64,000 nucleotides of DNA from an uncultured cyanobacterium. Its GTDB lineage: Bacteria; Cyanobacteriota; Cyanobacteriia; Cyanobacteriales; CAWUOF01. The position numbers and the translations under genes are program-made. Shown piece by piece: positions 10,666 to 21,760 of this stretch. The notes under the pieces were generated by a model. The model was not told the DNA's origin and did not search any database. It was given only the letters and a program-made list of their open reading frames with translations. The stretch lies in assembly GCA_963744145.1 (NCBI GenBank), contig CAVUSO010000001.1:3840001-3904000 (forward strand), in the 5' to 3' direction. The number at the start of each line of letters is the position of its first letter. Within the stretch, counting starts at the first letter, position 1.

Positions 10666-11145
10666 TTAGTCATGCTCAAGATGCTGACCCGGAAAAAACT
10701 TAAAATCTAATATCTGCTCTAATTCATAAGGACATTTAGTTGGAAAAATCTCATAACTTAAGGATGTTTCTTGCACAGCCAAGTCTACTCCATCTTCAAA
10801 AGCTTTTTCTTTAGTTTCAGATAAATAAGGTTTCAAACTAGGATTTTCTTCAAGTATTTCAAGAATCCTGCGTCGCTGTTCTCGGATTGTACCAATCCAA
10901 CTGTTAGAACGGTGCGAAACCTGAAATTCCCATTTGAGCAAATGTCCTAATAAAATTCCTAAACGACTTCTTAATTTTTGGCGCTCTTGCTTACCCAAAG
11001 AATTAATCTCCTCCACTAAATTAGGAATATCTAAACTATTCCATGTGCCATTTTGTAAAAATCTAGCTTGTTCAATAGTCCAAACATAGAAATCAGTTTC
11101 GTATAGTTCAGAAGTTTTAGATACCTCTATTTTAATTTGGGTCAT
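10666..11145 (-). CDS. DUF29 family protein
   Basis: LYETDFYVW...HLLKWEFQ...ENPSLKPYL...FPTKCPY. Confidence 0.9.
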   Translation of the reverse strand: MTQIKIEVSKTSELYETDFYVWTIEQARFLQNGTWNSLDIPNLVEEINSLGKQERQKLRSRLGILLGHLLKWEFQVSHRSNSWIGTIREQRRRILEILEENPSLKPYLSETKEKAFEDGVDLAVQETSLSYEIFPTKCPYELEQILDFKFFPGQHLEHD

Positions 11146-11376
11146 ATTGATCGCCTTTTTTAGATTTATTATGACTTAACTTAACACTTGAAAACTTTTG
11201 ATGAAACTACCATTATCAATTATTAAGTAGTTGGACATCAATAAACTAGCGCGATCGCCAGTTAATGGGAAAGATCCACTTCCCTGATCCTTAAACTTAA
11301 TGAAACTCAAAATATTTTTGGGTCAATCTGCGTTCAGAATGGTTTGAAAGAGTAACAGTGATGACAGTAAAAATTT

Positions 11377-13348
11377 ATGTCAGAGTCCACCATTGAATCG
11401 ATCCTGCAAGAAAAACGTCTATTCCCTCCCTCGGCTGAATTTTCCCAATCAGCCCACATCAAAAGTTTGGAGCAATACCACCAACTATGCGATCGCGCTA
11501 AAGCAGATCCCCAAGCATTTTGGGCTGAACTCGCTACCCAAGAGTTAGATTGGTTTCAAAAATGGGATCAAGTCCTCGACTGGCAACCACCTCATGCGAA
11601 ATGGTTTGTTGGTGGTAAACTGAATATTTCTTATAATTGCCTGGATCGACATCTAAAAACTTGGCGCAGAAATAAAGCTGCTTTAATTTGGGAAGGAGAA
11701 CCAGGAGATTCCCAGACTCTCACCTACGCTCAATTACATCGGGAAGTTTGTCAATTTGCTAATGTTTTAAAACAATTAGGAGTTCAAAAAGGCGATCGCG
11801 TGGGTATATATATGCCGATGATACCTGAAGCCGCGATCGCGATGCTGGCTTGTGCCCGGATTGGTGCTACTCATACAGTAGTTTTTGGGGGATTCAGCGC
11901 TGAAGCACTTAGCGATCGCTTAGTTGATGGACAAGTAAAGCTGGTCATCACCGCAGATGGTGGATACCGTAAGGATGCGATCGTTCCTCTGAAAGAGCAA
12001 GTAGACAAAGCTTTAGCTCACAGTACCGTCACCACCGTAAAAGATGTCCTAGTGGTACGTCGGACTAAACAGACAATTCACATGGAACCAGGACGTGATC
12101 ATTGGTGGGATGATTTACGTCAAGGTGTATCCGCTGATTGTCCCCCGGAACCGATGGATAGTGAAGACCTATTATTTATTCTCTATACCTCTGGTAGTAC
12201 CGGTAGACCCAAAGGTGTAGTCCATACTACTGGTGGCTACAATCTTTATAGCCATATCACCACTAAATGGATTTTTGATCTTCAAGATACTGATGTTTAT
12301 TGGTGTACTGCTGATGTCGGTTGGATTACAGGACATAGTTACATCGTTTATGGTCCGCTTTCCAACGGTGCTACCACCGTGATGTATGAAGGTGCCCCCC
12401 GTAATTCTAATCCCGGTTGTATGTGGGATGTAATTGAAAAATATGGCGTTAACGTCTTTTATACTGCACCAACTGCAATTCGCTCATTTATTAAAATGGG
12501 GGAACACCATCCCAAATCGCGCAATCTCTCATCTTTGCGCTTATTGGGAACTGTTGGTGAACCAATTAATCCAGAAACTTGGATGTGGTATTATCGAGTA
12601 ATTGGTGGTGAAAAATGTCCGATTGTTGATACTTGGTGGCAAACTGAAACTGGTGGGATTATGGTAACACCTTTACCAGGAGCGATTGCGACTAAACCTG
12701 GTTCTGCTACTCTACCATTCCCAGGTATTTTAGTTGATGTGGTTGATTTAGATGGCGATCCGGTTAAAGATAATGAAGGCGGTTATTTAGCGGTAAAATC
12801 TCCTTGGATCAGGGATGATGCGAACTGTCTATGGCGATCCAGAACGTTTCCGGACTACCTATTGGGAACATATTCCCCCCAAAGATGGGCAATATACCTA
12901 TTTTGCTGGAGATGGCGCTCGACGGGATGAAGATGGTTATTTTTGGGTGATGGGACGTGTTGATGATGTAATTAATGTCGCTGGTCATCGTTTAGGTTCA
13001 ATGGAAATTGAATCAGCTTTAGTATCTCACCCTGCGGTAGCTGAAGCGGCTGTGGTCGGTAAACCAGATGACGTGAAAGGGGAAGATATTTTTGCTTTTG
13101 TGATTTTAGAAGAAAAATATCATGCCAGTGAAGAATTGCAAAAAGAACTGAAAAAACACGTAGTCAACGAAATCGGGGCGATCGCACGTCCCGGAGAAAT
13201 TCGGTTTACTGATGCTTTACCGAAAACCCGCTCAGGTAAAATAATGAGACGTTTATTGCGATCGCTTGCTGCTGGTCAAGAAATTGCCGGGGATACCTCT
13301 ACCTTAGAAGACCGAACTGTATTAGACAAACTGCGGGAAGAGGTTTAA
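11377..13348 (+). pseudogene. acs: Acetyl-CoA synthetase split by a +1 frameshift (real lesion or sequence error)
   Basis: [21 protein letters not shown], then [12 protein letters not shown] in a second frame; expected PWP/SGMMRT reads TGG-ATCA-GGG-ATG at 12805-12817. Confidence 0.88.
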
Positions 13349-13367
13349 TCTCAGATCAATTGATCCC

Positions 13368-13402
13368 AGTCCCCCTCTTTCATCAGGGGGACTAAGGGGG
13401 AG
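13368..13402. repeat. GC-rich hairpin repeat (CCCCC..GGGGGACTAAGGGGG), possibly acting as a terminator
   Basis: agtccccct...agggggact stem downstream of acs. Confidence 0.5.
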
Positions 13403-13580
13403 CAATCAATTAACTACACCAAATCAAATCAGATTATGGACAATAGCAAAACTGTCTATGATCTAGACCCTAATGGAGAAAAAACCAGTCTAATCAGTAA
13501 ATCTATCCCTACATCTTGCGTTCGTTGAAAGAAAAAGTGATAGGGTAAAGATTAATTTTCTCCCTTTGTCAGGTTTGGCC

Positions 13581-14351
13581 ATGCAAATCAAATCCCCAAA
13601 TCATCTGTTATCAATTCAACTTCCAATTTGGATTAGTCTCGGAATAATCCTTGGATGGTCACAATTGACGCTAGCTTTACCGCAAATAACCGAGTTAAAG
13701 GAAATCAAGATTGCTCAAGATTCAACTGCTGAACCTAGTCAAAAATCTGACAGTCAAGAAGTATTTTTTGAAATGAAGGGACATAAAATTAATCAGTGCA
13801 GACAGACAGGAAATACCACGACAAGAGAATGTAGAGAGATCGGCAGTGGCTATAAAATGGGGTTAAGAATTGGTAATGAACTCTATAGTCGCGGCAAAGT
13901 TGAGAATGCAGGAGAAATTTTTTACGAATTAGTTAAACAATATCCGAAAGAATCTGAAGCTCGCTATAAATTAGCAACGATTTATTACCGTTTGGGTCAA
14001 GCTGACGAAGCAATTAAGCAGTATCAGGAAACCATTCAGCTTAACCCAGAGCATGCTAAAGCTCGGAATGATTTAGCTGTGGTGATGGCCAATCAAGGTA
14101 ATCTTGGTGACGCAATTACTCTTTGGCGTGAAGCGATTAAAATTAATAGTGACTATGCAGAAGCTTTGAGCAATTTGGGACATGGTTTGTTACAACAAGA
14201 AGAACAGCAAGATCCATCGAAGCATGATCATACAATCAGAGATGAAGCGATCGCTGATCTCAAAAAAGCCTATGATATCTTTACTAAACAAGGCAGAAAG
14301 CAACCCGCTAATACTGTAGCTGAATATTTGCAACAGTTGGGTGTTCAGTAA
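13581..14351 (+). CDS. Exported tetratricopeptide repeat protein
   Basis: Signal-peptide-like N-terminus; TPRs such as EARYKLATIYYRLGQADEAIKQYQETIQLNP. Confidence 0.85.
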   Translation: MQIKSPNHLLSIQLPIWISLGIILGWSQLTLALPQITELKEIKIAQDSTAEPSQKSDSQEVFFEMKGHKINQCRQTGNTTTRECREIGSGYKMGLRIGNELYSRGKVENAGEIFYELVKQYPKESEARYKLATIYYRLGQADEAIKQYQETIQLNPEHAKARNDLAVVMANQGNLGDAITLWREAIKINSDYAEALSNLGHGLLQQEEQQDPSKHDHTIRDEAIADLKKAYDIFTKQGRKQPANTVAEYLQQLGVQ

Positions 14352-14360
14352 CTGGTAAAA

Positions 14361-14981
14361 TTAAGTAGCCACTAGCTGATTGAGCTGCACTTCACATTGC
14401 TGGAAAATATAGTTGACAGCCGCAAACAACTTATCTATTTCCTGGATCAAGAAGCGGTTATTGTTTCTCATAAAAACCGCTTTTTCCAGTTTGCCAAACT
14501 CCCAATCTTTACCATTAGAAACGATTCCAAATATGACAATCTGTAACTGATCATTAAGTCGCTGTGCTGCGACCATTTCCGCTAGACACTGTGCCCATCC
14601 TTCGTCAAATTTGTCTTGCTTGGCTTCAACTAATAAAAAATAAGGCTGTTCAAAGACAATTTTTCCCAAAGGCGATCGCTTGGCTAAGATATACTCAGGA
14701 AAACCGGAAAGATTCTGGTCATAAGTTAAGGATTGATGACTCCACAACACAAAATTGCTGCGATAGCACTTCCAAACTTCTTTCAGAACGGGATAAATCA
14801 AGTTTTCGCAAATGGCAAATTCTGAGTTATCAACTACCCCATCTTGCATTACTGTTGCTAAATCTTCTCGGAAATAATCTGGAATCCTAAACTGAGTTTC
14901 CTTCATGAAATTAGCTTCAGTATAGACAATCTGAAACTCTTTCAAAACTGCACTAATAGTTTTGTAATTACTGAAAGCCAT
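14361..14981 (-). CDS. Conserved cyanobacterial hypothetical protein with PD-(D/E)XK-like motif
   Basis: LLVEAK..F.EGWAQCLAEMVAAQ, GIVSNGKDWEFGKL. Confidence 0.7.
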   Translation of the reverse strand: MAFSNYKTISAVLKEFQIVYTEANFMKETQFRIPDYFREDLATVMQDGVVDNSEFAICENLIYPVLKEVWKCYRSNFVLWSHQSLTYDQNLSGFPEYILAKRSPLGKIVFEQPYFLLVEAKQDKFDEGWAQCLAEMVAAQRLNDQLQIVIFGIVSNGKDWEFGKLEKAVFMRNNNRFLIQEIDKLFAAVNYIFQQCEVQLNQLVAT

Positions 14982-14993
14982 ATGGAAGTACGT

Positions 14994-15716
14994 TTACAGT
15001 CCTCCAAACCATTCATAACCCCGATCTTCCCAATAACCTTTTTTCTTAGTTAATTTACTAACTAACTTAATTTTAGTTACCCATTTACTTTGTTTATATC
15101 CTAACTTGATCGGAGCAGCTAAACGCAAAGGAGCGCCATTTTCAATTGGTAAAGGAGCGCCATTTTTTTGATAAACCATTAAAGTTTGAGGATGTAAAGC
15201 CGAATCAATATCCCAGCTTTCATAATAACCATCAGCCGAATAAAAATAAACGTAACGCGCTGCTGGTTTGGGTTGAACTAAGCTGATGATATCTCGCAAG
15301 CGCACTCCTCCCCATTGGACGATCGCTGACCAACCTTCTACACAAATATGACGAATCACCATCGAAGTTAAGGGCATTTTTTGCAGGTCAGACAAACTCA
15401 AATTCACCTCATGATCAACTTCCCCATAAACTTTTAACTTAAATGTGAGTGGATCAATAATCGGACTATCATTAAAACTATTGATAATCAAAGCATTTGG
15501 TTCGATCGCAGTAACGGGAAATTCCGGTACAGGTTTTTGCGGATTAAATATTAAAGATTCTACCTTTTCATTAATCGGTTCAAATGTTTTACTTACCAAA
15601 TTATCAAGGGGAGCAGAGCGACAAGCACCCAAAATCAGCCCCATGCTAGTCAGTCCAGATAACTGGAGAAATCGACGACGTAGCAAATAACGGGGAGGAA
15701 CTTCAATTAAACTCAT
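14994..15716 (-). CDS. Molybdopterin-dependent oxidoreductase (sulfite oxidase / MsrP-like), Tat-exported
   Basis: RRRFL Tat motif, HICVEGWS Moco cysteine, NGAPLRL, GYKQSKW, GYWEDRGY. Confidence 0.9.
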   Translation of the reverse strand: MSLIEVPPRYLLRRRFLQLSGLTSMGLILGACRSAPLDNLVSKTFEPINEKVESLIFNPQKPVPEFPVTAIEPNALIINSFNDSPIIDPLTFKLKVYGEVDHEVNLSLSDLQKMPLTSMVIRHICVEGWSAIVQWGGVRLRDIISLVQPKPAARYVYFYSADGYYESWDIDSALHPQTLMVYQKNGAPLPIENGAPLRLAAPIKLGYKQSKWVTKIKLVSKLTKKKGYWEDRGYEWFGGL

Positions 15717-15726
15717 ATTATCCTGG

Positions 15727-16335
15727 TTACCAAAAAATCGACTTAATCATCCGCATTCCCCCGACATTAAAGCCAAATCGGGAGTGAAATACAGCAAAAA
15801 TTATTACAGTTGGGACAGTAATAAAATGCACAACTCTCAATGCTTGCCAACTACCAAATATCCCGACAATCCAAGGAAATTGAGCTGGTTTATACATCCC
15901 AATCCCAGTGAGTAAAGCTAGGAGCAAAACTGGCAGAATCGCTGTATAAATTAATCTATGTAGGGAATAATTTTTGCGTTTGGGGTTTTGGCTAGCTTTT
16001 AAAGCTTTTAAATCACCTCCACTCACAAATCGATTTTTCCAACGACGAGTAATCAACACATATAATCCATACCAGATCAGATTGAGAGCAAATAGCCACA
16101 TCGCCGCAAAATGCCAATGTCTACCACCACCCAACCAACCACCTAGTAAAAATATCGGTGGAAAATGCCAACCTCCACGTCCACCAAAAACTGGATTAGC
16201 GTTGTAAATTTGCAGTCCACTGGTAATCATTAACAAGAGACTAATAATATTCAGCCAGTGAAATATTTTTGCTGGCAGAGTCTGAGTTGGTTTACGTCCA
16301 GACTGGGGTTTTGGCGCAGAGTCAGATACAGTCAC
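15727..16335 (-). CDS. Membrane cytochrome b (Ni-hydrogenase cyt b / YdhU-like), partner of the molybdoenzyme
   Basis: IFHWLN, SGLQIYNA, WHFAAMW, VHF histidines in 4 TM segments. Confidence 0.88.
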   Translation of the reverse strand: MTVSDSAPKPQSGRKPTQTLPAKIFHWLNIISLLLMITSGLQIYNANPVFGGRGGWHFPPIFLLGGWLGGGRHWHFAAMWLFALNLIWYGLYVLITRRWKNRFVSGGDLKALKASQNPKRKNYSLHRLIYTAILPVLLLALLTGIGMYKPAQFPWIVGIFGSWQALRVVHFITVPTVIIFAVFHSRFGFNVGGMRMIKSIFW

Positions 16336-16572
16336 AATTAGTAACCCGCAGAAATTTAGAGGATTAAGCCAAACTAGAAACTAGAATTTTGACTAAAATT
16401 ATAGCACTAAACCCACCCCTAAATCGGGATGGGTTGGCAGTGAGATGATTATTTCTCAAAATTGAGGCAACTAATTGTTTTTGCTGGCATCATCAAGCAT
16501 CGTGCCCGATTGATCAATTATGCTCAGACAAAATCTTGATTAATGCTTCTTAGTTTTTATTGGGTACATTAA

Positions 16573-16935
16573 CTAGGGTTTAGTAGGTGTAGCACTAGGA
16601 CTGGACATAGCGCCAGGGGACATCGCACCACTAGGAGTGCCCTTCATGCCCTCATCCTTCTTCATCTTGCCCTCGTCCTTCTTGAGTTCTTTCTCATCCT
16701 TCTTTATCTTGCCCTCGTCCTTCTTGAGTTCTTTATCATCTTTTTTCATGGCATCGGGTTTACCCATCGCATCGGGTTTACCCATGGCATCTGGTTTAGG
16801 AGGAGCCCCTGCAGGAGCAACAGGAGGAGCTGGGGGCTTAGTGTCAGCTGCTGGTTTATCACCACCACCACCGCAAGAAGCCAAACCTAAAGTCAGAGCT
16901 AGACCAGTAATCAATAAAAGTGGTTTCCAGTTCAT
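16573..16935 (-). CDS. Methionine/lysine-rich low-complexity lipoprotein (MXKDX pentapeptide-like)
   Basis: Lipobox LASC; repeats KPDAMG, MKKDD, MKKDE. Confidence 0.8.
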   Translation of the reverse strand: MNWKPLLLITGLALTLGLASCGGGGDKPAADTKPPAPPVAPAGAPPKPDAMGKPDAMGKPDAMKKDDKELKKDEGKIKKDEKELKKDEGKMKKDEGMKGTPSGAMSPGAMSSPSATPTKP

Positions 16936-17028
16936 ATCATTCCTCACCCGTTTTTTTGAGTATTTCTACTTTGTTAAGGATTGTATCACCATGTCAGAGT
17001 AATTCTTTCATGGTGTTTCTTCATTTAG

Positions 17029-17055
17029 TACGAATAGGTTGATATTTTGGATTCA
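17029..17055 (-). promoter_or_regulatory. Putative ECF-sigma promoter TGAATCC-N16-CGTA for the Met-rich gene operon
   Basis: Minus strand tgaatcc aaaatatcaacctatt cgta about 90 bp upstream of the lipoprotein start; resembles the ATCC/CGxA pattern of SigK-type promoters. Confidence 0.5.
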
Positions 17056-17270
17056 CTTGCCCAAAAAAATTTTTGCCATTAGTGGTCAAAAGCTTAACCC
17101 AGAGAGAGTTAGGGAAATTTTCCACCACGACCACTACCACCAGGGCAAACATCCAATTAGTTAACTCAACCGTATTGAATATGAAATGCTTTTTTGCCAA
17201 AGCTGATCTCTTGTACCATGACTGGAATTGATTTCTACTTAATGGGAGTGGGTCTATTCTCTCTCTACCT

Positions 17271-17858
17271 ATGAACATTGAATCTCTCAATGATAGGCCA
17301 GCCGATCTCTTACTCCAGACTGATGCAGAGTTATTCTGTGCCTTAAAGGCTGGCCAATCGGCGGCCTTGGGAATTTTGTACGATCGCTATGCCAGTCTCG
17401 TGTATCGATTAGCTTTGAGGGTCTTGACTAATCATCAAGAAGCAGAAGACCTGACCCAAGAGATTTTCTTAACTCTGTGGCGTAGTAATACCTACAATCC
17501 AGATCGTGGATCTCTGGGCAGCTTTTTAACCACGCTAACTCGTTCTCGGGCGATCGATAAACTACGTTCTCGTGGTACTAACCGAAAATTCATCCAGCGT
17601 TGGCGGGATATGAACGTAGAAACTCCCCCACCAACTCCATTTGAGGAGGCTTCTTTAAGCCAACGCTCCCATTATGTTCGCGCCGCTCTAGCCCAGTTGC
17701 CCGAACATCAAAGACAGGTATTAGAAATGGCCTACTATGAGGGCCTGAGCCAATCAGAAATTTCTAAGCGATTAAATACACCTCTGGGAACAATTAAAAC
17801 CTGGGCTCGCCAAGGTTTATTAAAGCTCAGAAAACACTTACAGGACTTTATTGAATAG
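17271..17858 (+). CDS. ECF RNA polymerase sigma factor (SigK-like)
   Basis: EAEDLTQEIFL region 2; YYEGLSQSEISKRLNTPLGTIKT region 4. Confidence 0.92.
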   Translation: MNIESLNDRPADLLLQTDAELFCALKAGQSAALGILYDRYASLVYRLALRVLTNHQEAEDLTQEIFLTLWRSNTYNPDRGSLGSFLTTLTRSRAIDKLRSRGTNRKFIQRWRDMNVETPPPTPFEEASLSQRSHYVRAALAQLPEHQRQVLEMAYYEGLSQSEISKRLNTPLGTIKTWARQGLLKLRKHLQDFIE

Positions 17859-17864
17859 TTCATT

Positions 17865-18602
17865 ATGTCTGGGTCAGAACTTCCTCAAGGATTAGAAGAA
17901 TTAATTGCAGGTTATGTCCTCGGTAATCTCAGTTCTGAAGAAGCTGAGGAATTCAGGCAACTACTTGCAGCACATCCTGAACTCAGTACAGAGATAACTC
18001 TCTTGCAGGAAGTGCTGGGACTTATGCCTTATGCTTTACCCCAAGTAGCTCCTCCCCAGCATATCCGTGTTGCTGTTCTCGAAGCGGTTGATGATGTTGT
18101 GGGCGAAAACTATTCACCTCTTCGTCGTCGTTGGCCCTGGAAGAGAATTACTGCAAGTATTGCCGCAATTTTGGTGCTAGCGCTTAGTTTAGATAATTAT
18201 TTTCTGCGCCGACAACTGCGAATCATGCAGGTGCAAACTTTGCCCCAGAAAGATGTGATTTCCATGCTCAAAAATGCCAATACTCATTTAATCTCTCTCA
18301 AAGGGATGGATATGGCATCTGCGGCTTCTGGTAGTATTGTAATTACACCTGGGGAACAAGAAGCGGTTTTAGTGGTGCAAAATCTACCAGTTTTGCCGGA
18401 AGGTCAGTTTTATCAGCTTTGGGCGGTAGTTAATGGTGAAAAAATCTCTTGGGGTCAATTTAATACCAGTTCTCAAGGAACGGTTTTAATTAAACTTTCC
18501 ATTCCCCCTGTAACCGATGCAGCTCAATTAGTTTTTACAGTCGAAGTTTCTCCCGCACCTTGGCAACCAGATGGAGGAATGGTCATGACCAGTCAATTGT
18601 AA
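17865..18602 (+). CDS. Anti-sigma factor (RskA-like)
   Basis: LIAGYVLGNLS, one TM segment, YQLWAV, FTVE in the C-terminal domain; directly follows the ECF sigma. Confidence 0.9.
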   Translation: MSGSELPQGLEELIAGYVLGNLSSEEAEEFRQLLAAHPELSTEITLLQEVLGLMPYALPQVAPPQHIRVAVLEAVDDVVGENYSPLRRRWPWKRITASIAAILVLALSLDNYFLRRQLRIMQVQTLPQKDVISMLKNANTHLISLKGMDMASAASGSIVITPGEQEAVLVVQNLPVLPEGQFYQLWAVVNGEKISWGQFNTSSQGTVLIKLSIPPVTDAAQLVFTVEVSPAPWQPDGGMVMTSQL

Positions 18603-18615
18603 TGGGATTGAGAAT

Positions 18616-21348
18616 TTATTGATGAATAAAATTATCAATTAGTCTGAGAATGGCTTTATCTTCAAACTCTTGGGATAGCTCTAAAATTAGATGGCAAAAT
18701 TCACTATATTTTGGATCAAGTAATTTGATGCGATTGGCTTCCTGCTCCACTTGCTCAATATCACCCAAACTTGCTGCTTCTTGTAAAATCTTTAGCTCTT
18801 CATAAGCAGGAGCGATAATTTTTTTGTTAGCTTTTGATGGCTGTTGGTTTTCGATCCAATCCATCGCCACAATCCATTCTAATCCCAGTAAATCTTTGAC
18901 TTTCTCTAATAGCTGTAATAGGTTAATTGGTTTGGCAATAAATTCATTACTACCTGTTAAAAGCGATTGTTCTTGGTAATGGGAAAATACCCGTGCAGAT
19001 AAAGCAATTATGGGGATTTCTTTTAATTTTGGTGTCAGTCTGATTTGTCGGATCATTTCTAACCCATTCATTGATGGCATCGCTAAATCGGTGATAATTA
19101 AATCTGGATTGGCGATCGCTGCTTGTGCTAATCCCTCATTTCCATTCTTAGCTTCGATTAATTCAAATCCGATTGGTTTGAGCATTTGTGATAAAAGAAC
19201 CAGAGTTTCTTCTTGATCATCTACGACTAATATTTTCACTTCTTCTTTACCAGTAAAACCAATAATTGCTTCTGGTTTGAGAATTTTAATCGCTTCTAAC
19301 TCTGATTTGGGTAGTTCCAAATTTAACTCAAATGCAAAAATACTGCCCACATTCACCTGGGAATAAACTTCCAATTTAGATCCCATCATTTGCACAATTC
19401 TCTGACTAATAGAAAGTCCTAATCCGGTTCCTTCCATTTTCCGTTTGTTATCTCCTACCTGTTCAAATGGTAAAAAGATTTTTTCGATCTGTTCGGTAGT
19501 CATACCTACCCCAGTGTCTTCAATTTGAAACCTAATTTTTGCCATGATTTGTCCAAGTTCATTTTTCTGATGTACTCCTACTAAGATCACTTTGAAAGTT
19601 ACTGATCCCACATCGGTAAATTTAATCGCATTACCTAATAAGTTGATTAATACTTGTCGTAATCGCTTTTCATCAGTTCGGACATATTCTGGTAAAGAAG
19701 AAGAAAATTTATAGTGTAATAAAATATCTTTTTGCTCTGCTTTAATGCGACAAATCTCCGCAACACTCACCAGGAAATTAGCCAAGTATAAGTCAGTTTG
19801 ACAAAGTTCTAATTTTTGGGCTTCTATTTTCGCAATATCTAAAAGATCGTTAATGATATTTAACAAATGTGTCCCACTTTGATAAATAATATTGATGCCT
19901 TTTTTATCTGTTTGACTGATAGTTTGAGAGCGTTCCAGGATTTGAGCATAGCCTAAAATTCCATTGAGCGGTGTTCTCAATTCATGACTCATTAATGCGA
20001 GAAAATCACTTTTAGCTTGGTTAGCTGTATCTGCTGCTTTTTTGGCTATTTCTAATTCTGCGGTGCGTTCCCTAACTTTAATTTCTAGATTTTGGGAATA
20101 TTCTGCTAATTCTTGATTGGCTCTCTCTAATTGTTGATTGGCTTTTTTAAGTTGGAATTGATTATAGTAATTACTGGTTAAAATAGCCGAAAGATTAATC
20201 GCGATGATCGGAGAAAAAACTGGAATAACCCAACCTGTAAGAAAGAAAATGTAACTAATTAGCCAAACTAAGATGCTGGTGACAACAATACTGATAATTG
20301 GACTGATTAACAACGTACTAGTGGGGAAAAATTTCCGTTTTAATATACTCCAAGTTACCACTGTACTGCTGATTGACCACCATAAAATCCAACCTTGATT
20401 ATTCCATTTAGACCAGGGTTGGAGCTGATGACGACCATCTAAAGCCGCACTGAGAATCTGACTGGTCAGATTAGCATGAATAATTACACCAGAAGTCAAA
20501 ATGTTCTGATAGGGGATATAGAAAAGATCATTGAGACTAGGTGCTGTTACCCCAATTAAAACTATCCGATCGCGTAGGAAATTGGGGGGAATGCGGTTAT
20601 TTAAAACATCGGTCATGGATAAATTAAGAAAATTATTGAGATCACCGCGATAGTTCAACAAGATTTGGTATCCTCCCCGATCTTTAGCTACATAACCACC
20701 TTCATCTCCTTTTAATGGGAAAAAAATCGCCCGACCCAAACTAATTTTTTGCTGCACCCGATCGACTAATTTGCCTTCTATTCCTTTAGTTTTTAGATAC
20801 ATTAAGGACAGTTTTACCCCTAATCCTTGTTTGGGAGAAGATGCTCCTAGCGAGATTAAAGCTCGACGGACTTTAGTATCAGGATCAAGCAGAAGATCAA
20901 TCATTCCCACTTGTTTTTGTTTGGCTAAAATCGGTGCTGGTGCGATCGCTTCTGGTGTGACTTTTTCAATCCCAATTAGATTTGGGGTGGACTGATAAAG
21001 TTGGACTAGCTCTTGATATCCAGGTTCTACGGGTAAGTCGCGGTATAAATCTAACCCAATTGCGATTGGTTGTTGTACTTTAATTTTTTTAATTAACTGG
21101 GTTAAAATTTGATCGGACATTGGCCATTGTCCCACTCCTTTCACATCAGCTTCTCCGATCGTCACAATCACAATCCGTGGATCGATCGGTTCTGTGGGAC
21201 GTAGGCTAAAAAATTGGTCAATGGTATTCCATTCTAATAATTGCAGCACTCCTGTGAGGTTACTCAAAATTGTTGCTGCTCCCACAGTTACAGCAATAAC
21301 AAAAACACCTCCCCATTGTTGGAGCCATTTCTTGATTTCAATTGACAC
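18616..21348 (-). CDS. CHASE2-domain hybrid sensor histidine kinase/response regulator
   Basis: [20 protein letters not shown] (CHASE2); [10 protein letters not shown]; receiver domain. Confidence 0.92.
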   Translation of the reverse strand: MSIEIKKWLQQWGGVFVIAVTVGAATILSNLTGVLQLLEWNTIDQFFSLRPTEPIDPRIVIVTIGEADVKGVGQWPMSDQILTQLIKKIKVQQPIAIGLDLYRDLPVEPGYQELVQLYQSTPNLIGIEKVTPEAIAPAPILAKQKQVGMIDLLLDPDTKVRRALISLGASSPKQGLGVKLSLMYLKTKGIEGKLVDRVQQKISLGRAIFFPLKGDEGGYVAKDRGGYQILLNYRGDLNNFLNLSMTDVLNNRIPPNFLRDRIVLIGVTAPSLNDLFYIPYQNILTSGVIIHANLTSQILSAALDGRHQLQPWSKWNNQGWILWWSISSTVVTWSILKRKFFPTSTLLISPIISIVVTSILVWLISYIFFLTGWVIPVFSPIIAINLSAILTSNYYNQFQLKKANQQLERANQELAEYSQNLEIKVRERTAELEIAKKAADTANQAKSDFLALMSHELRTPLNGILGYAQILERSQTISQTDKKGINIIYQSGTHLLNIINDLLDIAKIEAQKLELCQTDLYLANFLVSVAEICRIKAEQKDILLHYKFSSSLPEYVRTDEKRLRQVLINLLGNAIKFTDVGSVTFKVILVGVHQKNELGQIMAKIRFQIEDTGVGMTTEQIEKIFLPFEQVGDNKRKMEGTGLGLSISQRIVQMMGSKLEVYSQVNVGSIFAFELNLELPKSELEAIKILKPEAIIGFTGKEEVKILVVDDQEETLVLLSQMLKPIGFELIEAKNGNEGLAQAAIANPDLIITDLAMPSMNGLEMIRQIRLTPKLKEIPIIALSARVFSHYQEQSLLTGSNEFIAKPINLLQLLEKVKDLLGLEWIVAMDWIENQQPSKANKKIIAPAYEELKILQEAASLGDIEQVEQEANRIKLLDPKYSEFCHLILELSQEFEDKAILRLIDNFIHQ

Positions 21349-21760
21349 AATATAATTATTTGCTGAAGAACTTGATCGACGATATCTTTCAGTTTTACTT
21401 ATTTTGACAAATTCCGTCTACTATTTTAGCACAGCACTTAGCGTGGGAAATGGCCAAAGTCAAATATTAACTTATTCTGACTCGATTGTCACTTGTTAGT
21501 AGTAGGGACTTCAGTCCCTTAACGTTCAACCAGCAGAGGGAAGATAGCCATTACTACAAACAGAGATTTTCAGATTTACATAAATTAATCAAAAAACTGG
21601 TTTCGGGAAAAAATTATCAGTTGGTTATCTAGATATATCACAAACAATCCTCGGAGTGAGTCAGTCACGCAGGTATTATTTTGCTCAGAAACTATTTAAC
21701 TGAAAAGGACAGTTATAATTTATAATTATGATCAATACTTAGTTAGTACGGATTAAAAGA

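Noticed and set aside
16637..17290. ORFs 16637-17002 (+) and 17021-17290 (-)
   Set aside because: Antisense shadow of the repeat-rich lipoprotein and a promoter-region ORF with no protein-like features
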